A stretch of DNA of 45,377 nt from an uncultured bacterium (GCA_966112795.1 CBHWED010000001.1:1-45377); one strand, 5' to 3'; shown: positions 16,446 to 26,404, numbered from the stretch's first letter. Translations and numbers: made by a program. The notes: generated by a model from the sequence alone, not told the origin.

Positions 16446-18584
16446 CTAGAGCACGAGGTTGGCGACGGTCAGCACCGGGTCGTAGATCGACGAGACGATC
16501 CGGATCTGCAGGTCGGCCACGGCGTCGCCGTTGACGTCGCCGAGCAGGAATCCGTCGTTGCCACCGGTGAAGCGAAGCTCCCCGGCAACGCCGTTGAAGG
16601 CCGCGCCGCCGATGAAGGTGAACGCGTCGTTCGCGCCGGTGCCCGAGTTGGCGTCGATCGCCGAGAGGTCCACGTAGTCGAGCGCGCCGCCCTTGGTCGA
16701 GAAGAAGGTGACCGTGTCGTAGTTGCCGGCGCCCGCCGCGCTGTCGGAGACCGATCGATAGACGACGCGGTCGCCCGTGAAGCTCGTCAAGGTGATGCTG
16801 TCGGCTCCGCTGCCGCCCTCGACCGTCTGCGCCTGGAATGCCGAGGGCCCGATGATGGTGTCGGCGAAGGCCGAGCCGACGATGACCTCGACCGAATTCA
16901 GCTGGGTGAGATTGACGCTGGTGCCCGAGCTCGCGCCGGCGAACGACACGGTGTCGGTCCCGGTGCCGCCGAAGAGCGTCTCGCCCTCGTTGACCAGCAA
17001 GACGAAGGTGTCGTCGCCGCCGTCGCCGAACAGCTGATCGCCGCCGGGCCCGCCGGTGATCGCGTCGTTGCCGTCGTTGCCGTGGATGAGGTCGGCGTTC
17101 TGGCTGCCGACCAGCGTGTCGTTGCCGGTTCCGCCCTGGAGCTCGAACGAGCCGTTGGTCTCGGCCGAGCCGTCGATCACGACGGACTGGCCCGGGGCGA
17201 ACGAACCCGTGAAGAAGCTCGCGCGCTGTCCGGCGGCGACGAGCCCGTCGCCGGGTGCCACCACGAACGAGCCGACGAGCTGGAACGCCTCGATCCCGGT
17301 GGAATTCGCGAACGTGAGCGTGCCGGCGGCGGTGTAGTCGCCGCGCAGGACGACCACGTCCCAGGTGCCGGCGCCGCCGATGATCGTGTCGGCGTTGGTA
17401 TAAGTGTCGGCGAAATAGAACGTGTCGTCGCCGCTGCCGCCGGTGGCCGTGTCATTGCCGCCGTAGCGCAAGTCGAAGTAGTCGGCGGCGGCCCCGCCAA
17501 TGAGCACGTCGGCGCCCGCGCCGCCGATCAGGCGGAACTTCTGGGCGGTTTCGGCGCTGCCGTCGAACTCGAGGTGGTAGGCCGCCCCGAGCACGCCGGC
17601 GTCGACGGTGAACTCGGTGCCGGCGATCGCGTCGGTGACCGCGTCCGCGGTGGCCATGCGGTAGTCGTAGCCGTTGCGCAGCACCACGGCCTCGACGCCC
17701 TGCAGGATGGTCGAGGTGAGGGCGAACAGCGCGCCACCGTTGAGGCCGGTGATGTTGAGCGTGTCGGTACCCAGGCCGCCGGAGATGCGGTCGGTCGCCT
17801 CGAGCGAGGTGCCCATCGTGATGTAGTCGTTGCCCGCGCCGCCGCTGAGCAGGTCGCTGCCGCCGAGCGAGGCGTTGTAGGAGTCGTTGCCGCTCCCGCC
17901 GTAAAGCTGGTCGTTGCCGGCACCGCCGGTGAACGCGAACGAGCCGGCCGAGGCGGTTCCGTCGAAATACATGATGTTGGCGACGCCGAGGTCCTGCGCG
18001 ATGACCTGCATCGTCGCCCCTGCGGCGAGCGTGGTCGCGGCGGTGCGCAGCGCGTAGTTGCTGCCGGCGCCGGCACGGATCGCCTCGATCTCGCGCAAGG
18101 TGTCGTCCTCGCAGGTCACCGAGGTGCTGCCCTGGAGCATGAGCGTGTCGAAGCCCGCCCCGCCGGTGAGCCGGTCGGCGCGGGTGAAGCTCGCGCCGGC
18201 GATGATCGTGTCGTCGCCGAGCCCGCCGAACACCTTGTCGATGCCGCCGGCGGAGATCGTGATCGTGTCGTTGCCGCCGAGCGCCTCGATGTAGTCGCCG
18301 GCGCTGGTGCCGGCGATCGCCTCGCCCGCGGCGGTGCCGAAGACCACCACGCTGCTGCTGCCGAGCGGATTGGTGAAAAAGCTGAAGTTGGCCGTGCGAA
18401 GCTGGTCGTAAGTGACCCCGAGCAGCACGACGAGCTGCGCGCCGTAGCTGATGTGGACGCTCTGATCGTATTCGACGATCGTCAGCGCGCCGGCGGAATA
18501 GCCGGCCGGGAAGGTGATCGTATCGGTTGCCGGGTTGAACGCGAGTTCGAGACCGACGATCTCGGCGAATGAATAGCTAGGCAT
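16446..18584 (-). CDS. RTX/hemolysin-type Ca2+-binding protein with serralysin-like C-terminal domain (type I secretion substrate)
   Basis: Many GGxGxD nonapeptides; C-terminus 'DLSAIDAN...NDAFTFIG..AF.G.AGELRF...GDVNGD.VAD'; GGAGAGG RBS; no HExxH. Confidence 0.88.
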   Translation of the reverse strand: MPSYSFAEIVGLELAFNPATDTITFPAGYSAGALTIVEYDQSVHISYGAQLVVLLGVTYDQLRTANFSFFTNPLGSSSVVVFGTAAGEAIAGTSAGDYIEALGGNDTITISAGGIDKVFGGLGDDTIIAGASFTRADRLTGGAGFDTLMLQGSTSVTCEDDTLREIEAIRAGAGSNYALRTAATTLAAGATMQVIAQDLGVANIMYFDGTASAGSFAFTGGAGNDQLYGGSGNDSYNASLGGSDLLSGGAGNDYITMGTSLEATDRISGGLGTDTLNITGLNGGALFALTSTILQGVEAVVLRNGYDYRMATADAVTDAIAGTEFTVDAGVLGAAYHLEFDGSAETAQKFRLIGGAGADVLIGGAAADYFDLRYGGNDTATGGSGDDTFYFADTYTNADTIIGGAGTWDVVVLRGDYTAAGTLTFANSTGIEAFQLVGSFVVAPGDGLVAAGQRASFFTGSFAPGQSVVIDGSAETNGSFELQGGTGNDTLVGSQNADLIHGNDGNDAITGGPGGDQLFGDGGDDTFVLLVNEGETLFGGTGTDTVSFAGASSGTSVNLTQLNSVEVIVGSAFADTIIGPSAFQAQTVEGGSGADSITLTSFTGDRVVYRSVSDSAAGAGNYDTVTFFSTKGGALDYVDLSAIDANSGTGANDAFTFIGGAAFNGVAGELRFTGGNDGFLLGDVNGDAVADLQIRIVSSIYDPVLTVANLVL

Positions 18585-18795
18585 GGGTCGTCCTCTCCAA
18601 CGAGACCAATGGCTTGGCACATGCAGGAAAAGGCCGGACAGGTCACGCGCGATGTTCGCGAGGGGGTCGCCGAGACCCGCGATCCGCAGTCTTGCGCGAG
18701 CCGGGCGAGGGTTGTTTCCGATGGACTTGCAGCGCGCCGGCGAGGAATGTCCGGCGGGTGACAGCCCGCGGGCTGTGTCGGGAGGGAACGTGCGA

Positions 18796-20523
18796 ATGGC
18801 CGAAGCCGAGGCCTCGAGCGGCTGGCTGCCGGGACTGCGGACGCTGCAGGGCTACGAGGTGGCCTGGCTGCGCAGCGACGTGCTCGCGGGGCTGGTGCTC
18901 GCGGCATTCATCGTGCCGGTCGGGATGGCTTACGCGGTGGCCTCCGGCGTGCCGCCGATCTTCGGCCTCTACGCGACGATTGCGGGGCTGCTCGCATACG
19001 CGGTGTTCGGGCCGAGCCGGATCCTCGTCTACGGGCCGGACTCGGCGCTCGCGGCGATCATCCTCGGGACGATCGCACCGCTCGCGGGCGGCGACCCGGC
19101 CCGCGCGGTCATGCTGGCGGCGGCGATGGCGCTGGTTTCGGGCGTGATATGCGTGTTCGGCGGGCTCGTGCGCCTCGGTTTCCTGACCGAGCTGCTGTCG
19201 AAGCCGATCCGCTACGGCTATCTCAACGGCATCGCGCTGACGGTGCTGATCAGCCAGCTGCCCAAGCTGTTCCAGATCGAGATCGAGAACTCGGGCCCGC
19301 TGCGTGAGATCTGGGCGATCGGGCGCGCGCTGCTGGCCGGCGAGGCCAACATGATGGCCACCGCGCTCGGCGCGGGGACGCTCGCGGTGCTGCTGGTGTT
19401 CGGGCGGTTCAAGCGCATCCCGGTGGTGCTGATCGCGGTCGCCGGGGCGACCGCGATCTCGGGCTGGCTCGGGCTCGCCGCGAGCGAAGGGGTCAAGGTG
19501 CTCGGGGAGATTCCGCAAGGGCTGCCCGCGCTGGCACTGCCGCTGATCGGGCCCGGCGACCTCGCCCCGGTGGTGATCGGCGGGGCTGCCTGCGCGATGG
19601 TCGCTTTCGCCGATACCAGCGTGCTCTCACGCAGCTATGCCGCGCGGCTCGGGCAAAAGGTCGACCCGAACCAGGAGCTGGTCGCGCTCGGCGCGGTCAA
19701 CCTCGCCGCGGGCCTGTTCCAAGGCTTCCCGCTGTCGAGCAGCGCCTCGCGCACCCCGGTGGCGGAGACCGCCGGCGCGAAGACCCAGCTCACCGGCGTG
19801 GTCGCGGCAGCCGTGGTCGCGCTGCTGCTGGTCGCTGCGCCGACGCTGCTCGAGGACTTGCCCAACGCCGCGCTGGCAGCGGTGGTGATCGCGGCGGTGA
19901 TTGGGCTGTTCGAGTTCGCCGACCTTGGCCGGATCTGGCGCATCCAGCGCTGGGAATTCTGGCTCTCGGTCGCCTGCACCGCGGGCGTGGTGGTGTTCGG
20001 GGCGATCCCGGGGATCGGCATCGCGCTCGCGATCGCCGTCGCCGAGTACTTGTGGGATGGCTGGCGGCCGGACGCGGCCGTGCTCGGCCGCGTCGACGGG
20101 CTGCACGGGTTCCACGACGTGCGCCGCTACCCGCAGGCGCGGCTGGTGCCGGGGCTGGTGCTGTTCCGCTGGTCGGCGCCGCTGTTCTTCGCCAACGCCG
20201 AGCTGTTCAACGTCGAGGTGCAGAAAGCCGTCGACGCGGCGCCCAAGCCGGTCAGGCGCGTGATTGTAACCGCCGAGCCGGTGACCAGCGTCGACGTGAC
20301 CGCCAACGACGCGCTGGTCGAGCTTCGCCAGAAGCTCGCCGACCAGGGAATCGAGCTGTGTTTCGCCGAGCTCAAGGACCGGGTGAAGGACAAGCTCGCC
20401 CGGTTCGGCTCGCTGCCGGTGATCGGCGAGGCGAACTTCTTCGAGACCATCGGCGTCGCGGTCGACGCCTATCTAGACGCTCATGACGTCGCGTGGGTCA
20501 AGGACCCGCCGGCGGCGGGCTAG
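18796..20523 (+). CDS. SulP/SLC26 anion transporter with STAS domain
   Basis: 'D..AGL......P.GMAYA..SG.PP..GLY', 'NQELVALG..N', 'SSSASRT', 'PLFFANA' and a C-terminal STAS domain. Confidence 0.92.
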   Translation: MAEAEASSGWLPGLRTLQGYEVAWLRSDVLAGLVLAAFIVPVGMAYAVASGVPPIFGLYATIAGLLAYAVFGPSRILVYGPDSALAAIILGTIAPLAGGDPARAVMLAAAMALVSGVICVFGGLVRLGFLTELLSKPIRYGYLNGIALTVLISQLPKLFQIEIENSGPLREIWAIGRALLAGEANMMATALGAGTLAVLLVFGRFKRIPVVLIAVAGATAISGWLGLAASEGVKVLGEIPQGLPALALPLIGPGDLAPVVIGGAACAMVAFADTSVLSRSYAARLGQKVDPNQELVALGAVNLAAGLFQGFPLSSSASRTPVAETAGAKTQLTGVVAAAVVALLLVAAPTLLEDLPNAALAAVVIAAVIGLFEFADLGRIWRIQRWEFWLSVACTAGVVVFGAIPGIGIALAIAVAEYLWDGWRPDAAVLGRVDGLHGFHDVRRYPQARLVPGLVLFRWSAPLFFANAELFNVEVQKAVDAAPKPVRRVIVTAEPVTSVDVTANDALVELRQKLADQGIELCFAELKDRVKDKLARFGSLPVIGEANFFETIGVAVDAYLDAHDVAWVKDPPAAG

Positions 20524-21689
20524 TCCGCGCTCTGCTCGGCGACCAGCTCGACATCCCCGGTCGCGCCCGCCGGCGCCGACACGCGGATGCGCACCTTGTC
20601 CCACAAGCCGGCGGCGTCGCCCGCGCCGAACCGCGCCGGATCGAGCGTGATCCGCGAGTTGAGGCTGTCGGCGTCGTCGTTCGACAGCAGCGTGGCGAAA
20701 CCGAGCGGGGTGTCGAGACCCACCTCTAGGTAGGGATCGAGTCCGTCGGCGGTCGCGCGGATGACGATCGCCTGGCCGCGCCCGGCCATGGCCTGCGGCG
20801 ACGGCGTGGCGGGCAGGCGGTACAGCGCATAGGGCACCAACCGGCGCGCGTTGTCGCCGGTCACGAACGGCGATTCCGGCGTGAAGTGGACGGTCTCGGG
20901 CGCGCCGTAGCCGAGGTTGCCGACCGGCGCCGCCTGCTGCGACATCTTCGCCACCCCGAGCCGCGCGCGGCCCTTGCTGGCAAGGTTCGAGGTGCGGATC
21001 GTGTAAGTGCCGTCGGCGGGCAGCTCGGCGACGAGCCGCGAGTTGAGCCCGCCGCCCGAATCGTCGTCGGACTGCAGCGAGGCGTTGGCCGTGCCTTCGC
21101 CCGAGAACAGCTCGAGCATCGGGTCCGCGGCGTCGTCGCTGTCGCTGTCCTCGGCGGTGAGCGTAATCGAGTAAGCTTCGCCACGGCGCCCGGAAAACGA
21201 GAACAGCGCGTCGTCGTCGTCGGGGAAGTTGATTGTGCGCTCGGCCCGGCCGCCGCTGAGCGCAAGCGGGGTGACGACCTCGGGCTCGACCACGCTCTCG
21301 CGCGCGAGCAGGGTGAACTTGCCGCCCTCGCCGAGCGCGTCGACCTCGACCCGGTAGACCCCGCCGGCCTCGCTGGTCAGCGTCAACCGCGGGCTGAGCG
21401 AGCCGCCCCCGTCATCGTCCTCGCCCACGAGCGTGTCGGAGGAATCGTAGACCTTGAGCGTCAAGTCGAGCCCTTCGGTCGTGCGCGGGGCGGGAATGGC
21501 GTCGAGCTGGATGGTCTGCCCGGGCGCGGCGCGCAGCGAAACCTCGGCCGGCATGCCCGCGCCGGCAACCTCGCCATCGACCAGGCCTCCGACCTGCAGC
21601 GTCGCGCCTTGCGCGAGCGCCGGCGCAGAGGCCAGCGCCAACCCGAATACGGCGCCGGCGGCGCCCCAGCGAACGATCGATTGCGACAT
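20520..21689 (-). CDS. Exported protein with three PPC (pre-peptidase C-terminal)-like domains
   Basis: Signal peptide; three repeats DDDGGGSLSPRL, DDDSGGGLNSRL, NDDADSLNSRI, each preceded by a D-P/L-x-L motif. Confidence 0.8.
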   Translation of the reverse strand: MSQSIVRWGAAGAVFGLALASAPALAQGATLQVGGLVDGEVAGAGMPAEVSLRAAPGQTIQLDAIPAPRTTEGLDLTLKVYDSSDTLVGEDDDGGGSLSPRLTLTSEAGGVYRVEVDALGEGGKFTLLARESVVEPEVVTPLALSGGRAERTINFPDDDDALFSFSGRRGEAYSITLTAEDSDSDDAADPMLELFSGEGTANASLQSDDDSGGGLNSRLVAELPADGTYTIRTSNLASKGRARLGVAKMSQQAAPVGNLGYGAPETVHFTPESPFVTGDNARRLVPYALYRLPATPSPQAMAGRGQAIVIRATADGLDPYLEVGLDTPLGFATLLSNDDADSLNSRITLDPARFGAGDAAGLWDKVRIRVSAPAGATGDVELVAEQSAD

Positions 21690-21725
21690 GTCCCCCTCCT
21701 TCGTCAGCCGCGCGACGGCTTGCGT

Positions 21726-22523
21726 TTACCCCCGGGCGAGGTGTTCGACCAGCGCCTTGACCTTCTTCTGCCGCCACTGCGGGCGCGGGGCGACGAGCCA
21801 GTAAGCGCGGCGGCCGTCCTCGGGCCCGGCCAGCGCCACGAGCCGGCCGTCGGCGAGCGCTTCCTCGACCAGCGGCAGCGGCAGCATCGCCTTGCCGAGA
21901 CCGGCGAGCGCCGAGCTCAGCGCCTGGCCGGCGTTGCCGACCTGGAGCAGCACGTCTTCGCCGACGCCCTCGGAGCCCGCGTAGCCCGGCCACGAAATCC
22001 ATCCTTCGGCCGCGCCTGGCGCGGCGACGAGCACGCGGCTCGCCGGTGCAAGCTCGACGCCCTCGAGATCGCCCGGCCCTTCGACGAGGCGCACCGCGAC
22101 GTCGAGATTGGCTTCGGTGAAGTCCGCGTCCTCGTCGGCGATCAGCTGGAAGCGGACTTCCGGGTTCTCGGCGCGGAACGCGGCGAGGCGCGGGGCGAGC
22201 CACTGCGCGTAGAACTCGCGCGGGACAGCGATCGTGTAGCTGTGGCTCGACTGCCCGGCCTGCATGGCCTGGACCGCTTCCTCGAAGCGCAGGAAGCCTT
22301 CGCGCAACGGATCGAGCCCGGCTTCGGCCTCGTCGGTCAGCTCGAGCCCCTTGCTGGTGCGGCGGAACAGCACGACGCCGAGCACGTCCTCGAGCGCGCG
22401 GATCTGCTGGCCGACCGCGGCCGGGGTCACCGCGAGCTCGTCCGCCGCGCGGGTGAAGCTGAGGTGCCGCGCGGCGGCGTCGAACACGCGCAAGGCGTTG
22501 AGGGGCAGGTGCGTGCGCTTCAT
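21726..22523 (-). CDS. LysR family regulator (GcvA-like)
   Basis: LPLNALRVFDAAARHLSFTRAADELAVTPAAVGQQIRALE HTH. Confidence 0.92.
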   Translation of the reverse strand: MKRTHLPLNALRVFDAAARHLSFTRAADELAVTPAAVGQQIRALEDVLGVVLFRRTSKGLELTDEAEAGLDPLREGFLRFEEAVQAMQAGQSSHSYTIAVPREFYAQWLAPRLAAFRAENPEVRFQLIADEDADFTEANLDVAVRLVEGPGDLEGVELAPASRVLVAAPGAAEGWISWPGYAGSEGVGEDVLLQVGNAGQALSSALAGLGKAMLPLPLVEEALADGRLVALAGPEDGRRAYWLVAPRPQWRQKKVKALVEHLARG

Positions 22524-22648
22524 GGCGGTGAGCGCTCTATTGCGCGGCGGGGCAACCGGCAAGCGCAAGGCGCGGCGAATCGGCCTTGCCGGGCCGCCGA
22601 TTGCCCGTAAGTAACGGCCGCTACGGACTTGGAAGGGGGCACGAGCAC

Positions 22649-24505
22649 ATGCGATGGCCCGAGGGGCTGCCGGAACTCAGGGGGCGCTGGCTCACGGCGT
22701 ACAAGCTCGTGTGGTGGGCGATGCTGGTCGTGAGCCTGGTCGCGATGACGGCCGGCCAGTGGCATGTGATGCAGCAATCGACGCGCACCGACCTGCAGGT
22801 CTTCGCCGCGGGGCTGCAAGCCAACGAGGACGACGTGCTGACCTTTGGCCCGCTGAGCCCGGCCGCGGCCGCGGCGGGCGTCGCCCCCGACAGCACGCTG
22901 CTGGCGGTCGACGGCCGCGCGATCCCCGAGGAAGCCGAGCTCGCCGAGATCGGACAGGCGCTCGACGGACCCGCCGGACGGCCCGTCACATTGCGCCTGC
23001 GCGCGCCCGATGGGACGGTGAACGAGGCGCGCGTGGTGCGCGGGCCCGAACATCTCGCCGCGGCCGATGCCGAAGCGCCGGTCAGCTACGCGCAGCTCGA
23101 CATGGTCTACCTCGTCTCGCGGACGGTCGATGCACTGATCGTGCTCGGCGGCGCGATCCTGCTGTTCAGGCGTCGCGCGAGCGACCCGGTCGCGGCGCTG
23201 CTCTCGCTCGGCCTGCTCGCGGTGCCCGCCAACGACATCTCCGCGCTCGTTGCGCACCCGGGTCTGCGGCACGTGATCGACAACGGCCTCGACGTCGTGC
23301 CGATGGCCTGCATCCTGCTCGGCCTGGCGACGTTCCCGGCCGGCCGCTTTACCCCCACCTGGACCTGGCTGGTGGTCCCCGCGATCGTCAACTGGGCGGT
23401 GGTCCTGATGGTCGGCGGAGAGGCCGCCCCCGTGTGGCTCCAGTTCGCGGTGGCGCTGCCCGCGCTGCTGCTTACCGTGCTCAGCCTGGCCTTGCGCTTC
23501 GCCTGGATGGAGCCCGGGCCGCCCAAGCAGCAGGTCAAGTGGGTCATGCTCGGGTTCGCCGGGTTCATCGCCTGCGGACTGCTGCAGTTCAGCCTCGTGT
23601 TCCTCGACGCGGCGATCTCGGACAACGGGGTCCACCTCGCGATCCTCGTCGCGATCAACGTGCTCGTCGCGCTGGAGGGCCTGTTCATCGTCGGCGGGCT
23701 GCTCGTTTCGCTGCTGCGCCACCGGCTCTACGACGCCGATGCCGCGATCAGCCGCTCGGCCGCCTATGCCGGGCTCACGGTGACGCTGATCGCGGTGTTC
23801 GCCGCGAGCGAGACGCTGATCCAGAACCTCGGCCAGCAATGGTTCGGCGCCAGTGCCGGCGTCGCGGGCGGAGCGATCGCCGCGGGCCTCGCTGCGCTGC
23901 TGCTGGTGCCGCTGCACCACCGGTTGAGCCACTGGGCCGAAAAGCGCTTCCAGCGCGACCTCGCCCGCCTGCACACCGAGTTCCCGGTGCTGCTGGCCGA
24001 AGTGCGCAACAGCAACGATCCGCGCGAGTTCGCCGACAATGCCTTGCGGCTCGTCATGCGCGGCGTGCGGGCGAGCCATGGCGTGGTCCTGCTCGCCGAC
24101 GGCGACCGGCTCGCGCTCGCGCATGCCGAAGGAATCGCGCCCGGGGGACTCGTCGAACGCCTGGCCGACGAGTTGCCGCTCGACCCTTCGCCCGGTGCCC
24201 TGCAGGCCGACGACCCGGTGCTGCCGCTGCGCCTGCCGCTGGTCACCCGCAGCGGCGCGAACGCGGGCTGGCTCGTGCTCGGGCCGCACCCCGATGGCAG
24301 CACGTATGGCAAGGACGATCGCGCTGCGCTCGAGGAGCTGGCTCCGCCGCTCGCCCGCGCGGTCGAGCTCGCCGTCGAGCGCGCGCGGCGCGAGGCCGCG
24401 CACGAGGCCGAGCGCCGCACGCTGACCGACCGTTTGGCGCAGCTCGAGCAGCAACTCGCGCAAGTGGTCAACCTCGGCCCGCCACGGCGACCCGGCACCG
24501 CCTAG
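22649..24505 (+). CDS. Membrane protein: PDZ-like domain + multi-TM + GAF-like domain, no output domain
   Basis: 'SPAAAAAGV...S.LLAVDG' (PDZ-like), 'KQQVKWV..G', 'LLRHRLYD.D..I.RS', then GAF-like 'LPL......G.L.LGP..DG..Y...D...L..LA' and a short coiled coil. Confidence 0.78.
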   Translation: MRWPEGLPELRGRWLTAYKLVWWAMLVVSLVAMTAGQWHVMQQSTRTDLQVFAAGLQANEDDVLTFGPLSPAAAAAGVAPDSTLLAVDGRAIPEEAELAEIGQALDGPAGRPVTLRLRAPDGTVNEARVVRGPEHLAAADAEAPVSYAQLDMVYLVSRTVDALIVLGGAILLFRRRASDPVAALLSLGLLAVPANDISALVAHPGLRHVIDNGLDVVPMACILLGLATFPAGRFTPTWTWLVVPAIVNWAVVLMVGGEAAPVWLQFAVALPALLLTVLSLALRFAWMEPGPPKQQVKWVMLGFAGFIACGLLQFSLVFLDAAISDNGVHLAILVAINVLVALEGLFIVGGLLVSLLRHRLYDADAAISRSAAYAGLTVTLIAVFAASETLIQNLGQQWFGASAGVAGGAIAAGLAALLLVPLHHRLSHWAEKRFQRDLARLHTEFPVLLAEVRNSNDPREFADNALRLVMRGVRASHGVVLLADGDRLALAHAEGIAPGGLVERLADELPLDPSPGALQADDPVLPLRLPLVTRSGANAGWLVLGPHPDGSTYGKDDRAALEELAPPLARAVELAVERARREAAHEAERRTLTDRLAQLEQQLAQVVNLGPPRRPGTA

Positions 24506-24695
24506 CGATCGGCCGTCAGGCACCGCGCGTGTAGTCCCTTTGGCCGGTATAGTGCGACGGGGCGACTTGTGCGACGATCGGCGGCGCGTTGCGCATGGCC
24601 GCGCAACCCCGAGGCGCGCGTGTTTGCCGCGTCATGCAGAATCCGAAGTGCGGGTCGTCCTTCCGAGTGCCTGAGCGAAGCAAGGAGACACAGCC

Positions 24696-24923
24696 ATGGC
24701 CCGATTGAACCGCATGCTTGCCGCGCTTGCCTGTGCGAGCATGGTGCTCGCGCCGCCCGCCGCGGCCGCCGCGCGAACCGGTTCGCCGGTAGGCGAAAGC
24801 GAGGCCGTGACCGAAGGACCGGGTGGCGAGCTGGTCATGTTCCTGCTCGGCCTGCTCGCGGTGGTGTTCGTGATCATGGCGATCACCGACGACGACGGAA
24901 GCAACTCGCCGAGCAGTCCCTGA
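24696..24923 (+). CDS. Small exported/membrane protein (75 aa)
   Basis: AAGGAGA RBS; signal peptide, acidic linker, one TM, acidic tail ending DDDGSNSPSSP. Confidence 0.75.
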   Translation: MARLNRMLAALACASMVLAPPAAAAARTGSPVGESEAVTEGPGGELVMFLLGLLAVVFVIMAITDDDGSNSPSSP

Positions 24924-24926
24924 CGA

Positions 24927-26231
24927 TCAGCGGGCGCTGACGCGCCACACCGTGTTGCCGACATCGTCCGCGACGAGCAGCGCGCCGTCGCGGGCCATCT
25001 CGACTCCGACCGGGCGGCCCATCGCCTTGTCGCCGGCGAGGAAGCCGGTCAGCACGTCGACTGGCTGGCCGGAGGGATGCCCGCCAACGAACGGCACGAA
25101 GACCACCTTGTAGCCGCTGAACGGCTGGCGGTTCCACGAGCCGTGCTCGCCGATAAACGCGCCGCCGGCATAGCCGGGGCCGAGCAGCCGCGCGCCGTCG
25201 GCGAAGACGAGCCCGAGCGGGGCGACGTGCGAGCCGAGCGCGAAGTCGGGGGCGATCGCGCGCGCGACCATGTCGGGCCGCGGCGGCTCGACGCGGGTGT
25301 CCACATGGTCGCCGTAATAGCTCCACGGCCAACCGTAGAACGCGCCGTCCTGCACGCGTGTCAGGTAATCGGGCACGAGGTCGCTGCCGAGCTCGTCGCG
25401 CTCGTTGACCACCGCGTAGAGCTCGTTGGTGCCGGGACGGAAATCGAGCCCCACGGGATTGCGCAGCCCGGTGGCGAACTGGCGCGAGGCGCCGGTCGCC
25501 GGGTCGATCTGCCATACCGCCGCCCGGCCCTCCTCCTCGGCGAGCCCGTGCTCGGCGACGTTCGAGTTCGAGCCGACCCCGACATAGAGCTTGCCGTCGG
25601 GGCCGACGGCGAGGCTCTTGGTCCAGTGGTGGTTGCGCTCGGCCGGCAGGCGCGCGACCACGCGCGGCGCGGCGGCGATCGCGGTGGCGGCCGGATCGTA
25701 GGGATAGGCGACCAGCGCGTCGGCGTTGGCGACATAGAGTGTAGTGCCGACGAGGGCCATGCCGAACGGCGAGCTCAGCCCGGTCAGGTAAGGCCGGCGG
25801 ACTTCGGCGAGCCCGTCGCCGTCCGCGTCGCGCAGCAGGGTCACGCGGTTCGCGCTGGGCACGGCCGAGCCGGCCTTCTTCATAAAGGCCTTCATAAACG
25901 CGGCCTTGACGCCCTTGTCCTCGTATTGCTCGGGCTGCGGCGGGGCGGCAGTCTCGGCAACGAGCACGTCACCGTTCGGCAGCGCCAACAACCAGCGCGG
26001 ATGCTCGAGCCCGGTGGCGAAAGGCTGGACTTTGAGACCGGCGGCCGCGACCGGCGCAGCGCCCACGGGCCAGCCGACGGCCTCCGCCACGTGCACGGTC
26101 GGGATCGGCGAGGTCACCGGCGGCGGCAGCTCGGGCGCCGGACCGACGCCTTGCGCGAGCGGCAGCTTGGCGGTGTCGCCGCACCCGGCCAGTGCCGCGG
26201 CGAGCGTGAGCAGGAGGACGGGGCGACGCAT
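24927..26231 (-). CDS. Sorbosone dehydrogenase family (PQQ-dependent sugar dehydrogenase) lipoprotein
   Basis: LAGC lipobox; GLEHPRW, LPNGDVLVAE, NHHWTK, VGSNSN, GLRNPVG, VNERDELG, HVAPLGL, HGSWNR, GRPVGV. Confidence 0.9.
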   Translation of the reverse strand: MRRPVLLLTLAAALAGCGDTAKLPLAQGVGPAPELPPPVTSPIPTVHVAEAVGWPVGAAPVAAAGLKVQPFATGLEHPRWLLALPNGDVLVAETAAPPQPEQYEDKGVKAAFMKAFMKKAGSAVPSANRVTLLRDADGDGLAEVRRPYLTGLSSPFGMALVGTTLYVANADALVAYPYDPAATAIAAAPRVVARLPAERNHHWTKSLAVGPDGKLYVGVGSNSNVAEHGLAEEEGRAAVWQIDPATGASRQFATGLRNPVGLDFRPGTNELYAVVNERDELGSDLVPDYLTRVQDGAFYGWPWSYYGDHVDTRVEPPRPDMVARAIAPDFALGSHVAPLGLVFADGARLLGPGYAGGAFIGEHGSWNRQPFSGYKVVFVPFVGGHPSGQPVDVLTGFLAGDKAMGRPVGVEMARDGALLVADDVGNTVWRVSAR

Positions 26232-26404
26232 GCGGCTCCTTTCCCCGTCCTGTTGCGCAATGGGTGCGACCCGCGCGCCGATCGGTTCGATCGTGCAAGG
26301 TAACGCGCCGCAACGACGGGCCGTTCCGCTGGAGGGCGGCTACAGGACAGACCCGATTGAAAGGAGTATGCGACTCGCTCCAGCTTGGCGCCGAGGAGCG
26401 GCCA

